Under the pieces are notes generated by a model. That model did no database searches, had not been told where the DNA came from, and saw only the letters and a program-made list of their open reading frames with translations. A DNA stretch of 63,965 nucleotides, filler included, from Olpidium bornovanus S191 (taxonomy: Eukaryota; Fungi; Olpidiomycota): the NCBI GenBank assembly GCA_017911155.1. It is 35 parts of 35 records of this genome, joined end to end, with 100 filler letters (N's around TTAATTAATTAA, not from the genome) between each part and the next. Parts side by side here need not be neighbours in the genome. Positions count along the whole stretch, not along the records: positions 57,990 to 59,343 come from JAEFCI010001522.1; positions 59,444 to 61,191 come from JAEFCI010008534.1; positions 61,292 to 62,822 come from JAEFCI010008609.1; positions 62,923 to 63,965 come from JAEFCI010003766.1; 31 more parts are not named here. One strand, 5' to 3'. This document shows, in pieces, positions 57,990 to 63,965 of this stretch. Made by a program: the position numbers and the translations under genes. Within the stretch, counting starts at the first letter, position 1; each line of letters begins with the position of its first letter.

Positions 57990-59228
57990 CATGAAATGCC
58001 GAGGGGCAAGGCTCGCCGAAGCCAGCCGTCATCCGTTTTGGCGGTAGTCCCTTTCGCGTTCGGGCCTGCCGCGCTTGAGTTTTCCGAATGCCAAAATCCT
58101 TCAGAAGACAACAGGCCTTCGCGGCCCTGACCGGCCAGGGCATCTGTCGACTGCAAAACGTCAAACGGGCCAGTGCCCCCTGCCTGGTTGCGGTCGACGG
58201 CAGCAAAGCGGTGGCCGGTGGGGGCCGCACTGTCTGAATTTACGAAGTTGCTACCCCCGCCATAGTCAAAAACGCCAGCACCTATGGTAGATGGCCCGGA
58301 ACCGCTAGGAAAGCGCTGTCGTGCAGAAGGCCCGTCTTCCTTCACGAAAACGTCTGTTATTGGAGTACCTTCCGCTCCACCGGGCCCTGCCGCTTTCCGC
58401 GCCATCGCCTCTTCACCTGCCTTCCTCGCAACTGCAGTTTTGCTGGTACGGTCCAACACGGACTGGACGTAGTCATAAGCTGGCGTTCGGTTATATATGA
58501 ACCATTCGAAGCCTTCCAATTCCAGAAGTATCCGGCAGGGCCGAGCTGCTCAGTATTACGGTGCGAGAGCGCGAGGCCGCGTGATTTTCTTAGTAGCCGT
58601 TTGCGGGCCGGCATCACTGAAGTAAAGCGAGTGCCACATTCTCGTATACCTTCCGGCTTGTCTGAACTTTTCCGCCCGAACCATGCGTAGCGTTCGCCGC
58701 CGTCAGGCCCGTCACTGGCCGCGAACCCGCCGTCTCCGTGGTCACCGCCACGGACTTTCCGCAGCCAGTATCTGAATGTCACCGTGCCTCTCAAGACCGA
58801 GAACGACTGGTTTTTCGAGTAGTAGCGAAGGTTCCTGACCATGATGCGCCCGGCTATCAGAGCAAAGTGGATCGACTCTAGTTTCGAGGGGGCGTGGATT
58901 TGACTGGCGATTTTAGCCGGCGAAACCGCGAAAAGAAAGCCAGCATCGCCACACGCTTCAGCATCGCCCGTCAGGTTGCTGAAATCAGAGCCGACTCACC
59001 GAGTTCGATGTACGCGCCGTACTTCCGCCATGTGAACGCAGTGATGGAACGGCTCAGCAGTTGCGCGAAGACGCGGTTGACGTAGAACATCAAGAACAGA
59101 ATGACCACGACGACCACGAGGCAGTACACGACGAAGGTCCAAAAGGCGAAAAGGAACCCGTCCGAGTTGTCCTGTGGAAACTGGGTGGTGCGCGTGACAA
59201 CATCCCGTTCGATCAAGCTCGACCCCAT
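57990..59228 (-). CDS. CSF1: Csf1/BLTP1 bridge-like lipid transfer protein, 5' part
   Basis: TM + FYVNRVFAQLLS..WRKYGAYIELG|SIHFALIAGRIMVRNLRYYSKNQSFSVLRGTVTFRYWLRKV..|PCRILLELEGFEWFIYNRTPAYD. Confidence 0.86.
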
Positions 59229-59272
59229 GATGCTTTCCGGGACCCGCCTTTTTTTTTTTTTTTGACAGCACG

Positions 59273-59304
<32 letters not shown>

Positions 59305-59647
59305 TCACGCCCGAAGACACCGGCGACACGCGCGCGGTTCTGCNNNNNNNNNNNNNNNNNNNNNNNNNNNNNNNNNNNNNNNNNNNNTTAATTAATTAAN
59401 NNNNNNNNNNNNNNNNNNNNNNNNNNNNNNNNNNNNNNNNNNNCATGCAATTTGGAACCGGGCTGCGAATCGGAATGCCGAGTGGGGTCCCCGTCTCTGC
59501 CGATGCGGAGTTAAATTTGTTCACACCTCTTACATCCGCGGTGGGTTATACCCCCAACTTCGCTGTGGCCGTTTCTTCACGTAAACGTTTCCTTCTCACG
59601 GGTTCCATTTCTTTGAGGCTGTTTAGCACGGTCAGAATACTGCGACT

Positions 59648-61191
59648 TTGGACCCGTTCCCGCGTACGCTGCCCGCCCCAGAGTCCACTTCCGAGTGGCC
59701 AGGTTCGGTATTGTCCCCAGTTGAGATCAATAACCATGTTACAGGTCACGGTAGCGGGCCGGCGCATTTGGGGCAGCCGATGCCTGCGCATCCCAGTCGT
59801 TCATTGCAACATCAACCGAGGGAAGGCGAGTACATACAGGCAGACCACGGTATCCGACCAGGCACGTGGATAAGTCCGATGCCGCATTTCGCGGAGCCGC
59901 AACCCGACGGCAATCAGATCAAATCGGGGGAAAATGCCGAGCTATCATTCGAAAGACGGTCGGCCGGCTCACCGGCGGTCGCACAGGCGGAGCCGCAAAT
60001 CAAACCAGAAGACATTTTCGAAAACCCACGAATGATGGCGTCCATAGAGGAACGGAACTTGGTTGGCCCGATAAGGTATATTGTTTTATCGGTAAAGGTC
60101 ACTTCGACCGACGGCTCTTAAGCTGACAGGACGGCGTGCGATTAGTTCAGAGAAGCAAGCTGACGACAGTGAGTCCGAAGAAAACCTATCGGACGATAGA
60201 GCAATTAACTATGCCGGGGAAAGTAAGCAGACGTCAGGCCCCAACTGTTGGTTTTTTCTTTCCTTGCGTGGCCTGAAGACCGGATCATCAAGATCGTTTT
60301 CTTCCAGACGAGGTTGAGTCGTACTCCTCCGCCGACGAAGAGGGAAACGAAGCAGACCAACCGGGAGCTGTGAAAGAAGGCAGAGATAATGGTTTAGAAC
60401 AGTCGACAGAGGTGGCTGCCGAACGCGCGACCGCAGCGCCCATTCCTTTACGTCCCCCTCTTTCCTCTGCGGACACTATCGCATCGGAGTTGGAAGAAGA
60501 GGCAACGGGCAAGGCGGAACTACATGTGGACGTTAACGTTGAGGAGCGGCAGCAGGCGCCAGCCGTACCTGCCCTGCCAACGGAGCCATTAATCAAAGAA
60601 AAGCCACTTTCTGCAGCTGAGGAAATAAAATCGGTTATCGGTGCTCGCACGGACGAACTCAAGCGCAGCCAGATGAAACGAAAGACAGTGTCTGGGACCC
60701 TGGTTCCTAAAGGCCGGAAGGCAACCCATGCGACGTTTGCCCCCGGTTTAGCCCAGAGCCCCGAGGCGGCCAAAGCCGAAACCACGAAGTCGGTCGGCTT
60801 TTTCGGGGTGACGGAGACAGCCATCTCGTCGGCGGTGAATTACAGCCGCCCGCAGGTCGCAACTTCGGAGCTGCCGGTGTCGGAGAGGCCGCCGACCTTA
60901 TCGCGAAACCGGCCTTTAAGCGCGGAGCAGACCGCTTTGGAAGAAATCGCAGACCGTTTAAGGCCGAGCTACCACGGCTCTGCGCGGCAGAGGCAGCCTA
61001 AATTTGCTGAAAAGCCGAGCGGTCATGTGATTTATGACCTCGTTTTTAACACCGAAAGGCGGCGAAAATCCATGTCGAACGCAGACGTTGCCCGCTATCC
61101 AGCGGTACGGCCGCCCGAGCATTTTCCGCTGCCTTCGAGGGCATTATCCCCTGTATTGAATACCGAGCCCTTATTACCGTCCAGCTTGCGG
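59648..61191 (+). CDS. Hypothetical low-complexity protein (internal exons)
   Basis: Long open frames joined by canonical splice sites near 60074, 60130-60223 and 60308; no domain recognised. Confidence 0.5.
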
Positions 61192-61545
61192 NNNNNNNNN
61201 NNNNNNNNNNNNNNNNNNNNNNNNNNNNNNNNNNNTTAATTAATTAANNNNNNNNNNNNNNNNNNNNNNNNNNNNNNNNNNNNNNNNNNNNCAACTCCCG
61301 GCCCCCGCTCCCCCGTCAATCCCGGAAGAACGCAAAAAAAAAAAAAAAAAGCCGCGCGAAACCAGCCGACCCATGCTCAGTGCGCAGAGCGCCGCGACGT
61401 GCCGCCGGCTGTGAGTCTTCCCCCGTTTCGCGGCGGGCGTGGTCGCGGCGGGCCCTCGGCTCCCTCTCTGGATTTTTCAGAAAAGGGGCCCACAGTTCCC
61501 CACGTTCCTGTTTTTATTTTATTTTATTTTTTTTTTTCCGCGCAG

Positions 61546-62822
61546 GTCGGACAGCCGGTCAGAGCAGTTCCGCAGCAATACGCACGACTCCCAGTTACCG
61601 GAGGAGACCGACGGTGCCGGCTTAAGCGACTTCGTTTTTTTTAAGGAGCAGCTCGAGCAACGCGCGGTGCTCATCAAGTGGCGGGTACGCGGGAGATCGT
61701 TGTTTCTCCTCCGACCCCCCGTGCCGCGTTCCCGGGCATGCATTGGCCTCGCAAAGAGTGCGTGGCGTTCTGCTTGCACTTAAGGCGACCAGCCGGTTTG
61801 CAAACAGGATAGCCTCGCCGAGCAGTACAGCCGTTATTTGGAAGCCGCTGCGAAGCGGAAAGTCTTCGTCGACCCGGCGGACGTCGACCCCGTGCCACAC
61901 GATTCTGAAGATGTGCATGAACTGGGCACGTACCGAAAAAAAGTCGATCTGGCGACCACCATGGGCGCCACTCGTTTGGGAGTCAGCTTACCCCTGTCTG
62001 GTCCGGTCGGCAGAGCGACTGCGCGGCAACGAAGAAGCCAGATTGAGGGCGCAGAAGGAATGCGAGAATACGCCGGAGGAGTTTGGTAACAAGCTGGTCG
62101 GGAACATCCGACGTGAGCGAACCTCCGTTTTTTGTATTAGTTCGTTGCTCCGTACCACCGTTGCGGGTTGTTTTTACCTGGAATCGTGTTTGCCCAGGCA
62201 ACCGCCAGATATCGACCAGAGTCGAGAAGATGCTGCCGCTCATAGACAACGTTTGTGCCCTGGTAACAGAACTTCTTTCAGTTTGTTTCCGCAGTCAAAT
62301 TCGGTGTCCAGGTTGCGGAAGCGTCCTATCTCCGTACCGGTTACGTAACTCCTCCCGCGCGTGGCCACAAATGCCGGAGTTCAGGATGCTAGACTGCAAG
62401 TTGCGGCCGTGCTGAAGCGGGAGAACGATGCCTTGGTAATCTCACACAATGAAAAAAGTGGCTTGTTCATGCGCCCATTTGAATCAGCCAAAACTTTCTC
62501 TCTCCTCGGTTTATCCTTATTTTTGTTATTATAAATCTTCACCCTGTTTCCTCATGTTCCATCTCCTACCATCAACCGGTTTCAGGAGCAAAATGTTTTA
62601 ATGGAAGAAGAGGCTATCCGGGATGAGGTTAGATTTTGCGATTCCTTCGACCCACTCATGTGGCATTTGATTGGAACTTTGCGCGCTGTCTTTGCCTGCC
62701 TTGTTTGTGGTGTTTAGGATCGGACGCTTCAGTCCCTCAACGAAGAGATCCAACAGGTGCAGACGGAGACGACGGACTTACGATGGCAAGTCGACGAGCT
62801 GGAAACGGCGTGTTCGGCCCCA
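61546..62822 (+). CDS. Hypothetical multi-exon coiled-coil protein (internal exons)
   Basis: Phase-compatible exons ..FKEQLEQRAVLIKWR|DSLAEQYSRYLE.. and ..LKRENDAL|EQNVLMEEEAIRDE|DRTLQSLNEEIQQVQTETTDLRWQVDELE. Confidence 0.45.
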
Positions 62823-63965
62823 NNNNNNNNNNNNNNNNNNNNNNNNNNNNNNNNNNNNNNNNNNNNTTAATTAATTAANNNNNNNNNNNNNNNNNNNNNN
62901 NNNNNNNNNNNNNNNNNNNNNNCATGGTAAAAAAAGAAATAAATGTATTTTTTCGGCGCAAGATGTGCGGCGCGCAGTACATTGGGGGGCGCTAAAAAAA
63001 AAACCAAATGCGCCGCCAAGAAAAAGAAAAGTGCGCCGGCGGCCGCAGAAAAAAAAACAAAGAAATCAATAAAAGCAGTACGGGAGCGGCCAAAAAAAAA
63101 ACCGGTTACACCGGCCCTTTTGAAAAACTTGGAAAAAAAACAAAAGGTAATCCAGGCGGCTACCCCATCTCCCAAAAAAAACATACGCCGGAGACTCGCG
63201 ATAGGATATTACGCCGCTATCGTTTGCTCAGAGATTGCCGCAGAATGTTTTTTTTTCTTTTTTTCGACAAAGGGCGGATAGCTTTTTGCGATCTGTGTTT
63301 CCGGCGCGGCCGGAAAAGCCTGAAAAATCGGCAGTATTTTGTTTTTTTTTTCCACTTTCGGGCGCAGCGGCGGTTTGACCCCCGAACCAGGGTTTGCCTC
63401 CGTGTTGCCGCCCCGCGGCCGAACCCGTTGCGTCCGCTGTTCGGGCGCTGAAACCGCGAAACGCCGCGCCGTCTCGCAGCGCTCCTTCCGGTTCTGCCAC
63501 TTTCGACGGCAAACTTGCAAAAAGCTTCTTTTTTCCCCCGGCCGCGGGCGCGGCGGGAGAAAGGGGCGCGTGGGGTTACCCGGACCAGAAAGCTATTCGC
63601 GAGTTGTGTGCAACCAGGGGCCGCCGTCCCGCCGCGAACACGATCTCAAAAAAAAAGTCGTCGGAGCGGTGCGAGACGAGAGACGTAAGAACGTGAGCGC
63701 GAGCGCAGCGGAAGCCTCGAGAAAGACGGCGCCGGGTATACCACAAGCGCGGAAATCGTTTTTTTTTTTTTCGTCGGGGCGCCGTTCTTTCGCGATCTCG
63801 GCATGAGGGTGAAGAGGGAGGGGGGGGGGGCGAAGGAGCGGGGGGCGGTTACCTCGACGGCGATCGGCGTCGAGCGCTCCGGCAAAATCAGTGGGCTTCT
63901 CGGCCACGCCGAGGCGCTCACCTTGCAACCCTCGCGGCCCGCGGCGTTCTTTTTGCCGGCGGTCG

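Noticed and set aside
1114-62922. ORFs containing X runs or ending in LIN or N
   Set aside because: They are translations of the artificial spacer.

Overview
This is not a contiguous locus. It is a pseudo-scaffold of 35 short contigs (about 1-5 kb) joined by 34 identical artificial 100-bp spacers (N44-TTAATTAATTAA-N44), so neighbourhood across spacers means nothing. The DNA is GC-rich, intron-rich and eukaryotic. It carries flagellar/IFT genes (DYNC2LI1, EFHC1, BBOF1-like, TMEM138-like) alongside typical fungal genes (PMC1, PIK1, VRP1/WIP, HIR1, CSF1, BIO2, GDB1, a Net1/Dnt1-like gene), which points to a zoosporic early-diverging fungus. Olpidium is my best guess; this is inference and was not checked. 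About 30 mostly partial spliced genes could be reconstructed by hand, plus one hAT transposon end and several decayed Ty1/copia relics. I found no convincing rRNA, tRNA or CRISPR array and no demonstrable novel multi-gene system. Best leads: (1) contig ends are strongly enriched for CATG; (2) an intronless triple-homeodomain plus AT-hook protein; (3) a single-pass membrane protein with a conserved-looking, unnamed cytoplasmic motif; (4) a kinase with a non-canonical HLDVNPAN loop; (5) an intron-bearing lipase of the Staphylococcus/Geobacillus type; (6) HSC20 retaining a tetracysteine module; (7) two GC-AG introns and homopolymer- or purine-rich introns; (8) three probable chimeric joins at homopolymers. 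All family assignments are motif recognition from memory; no database search was run.
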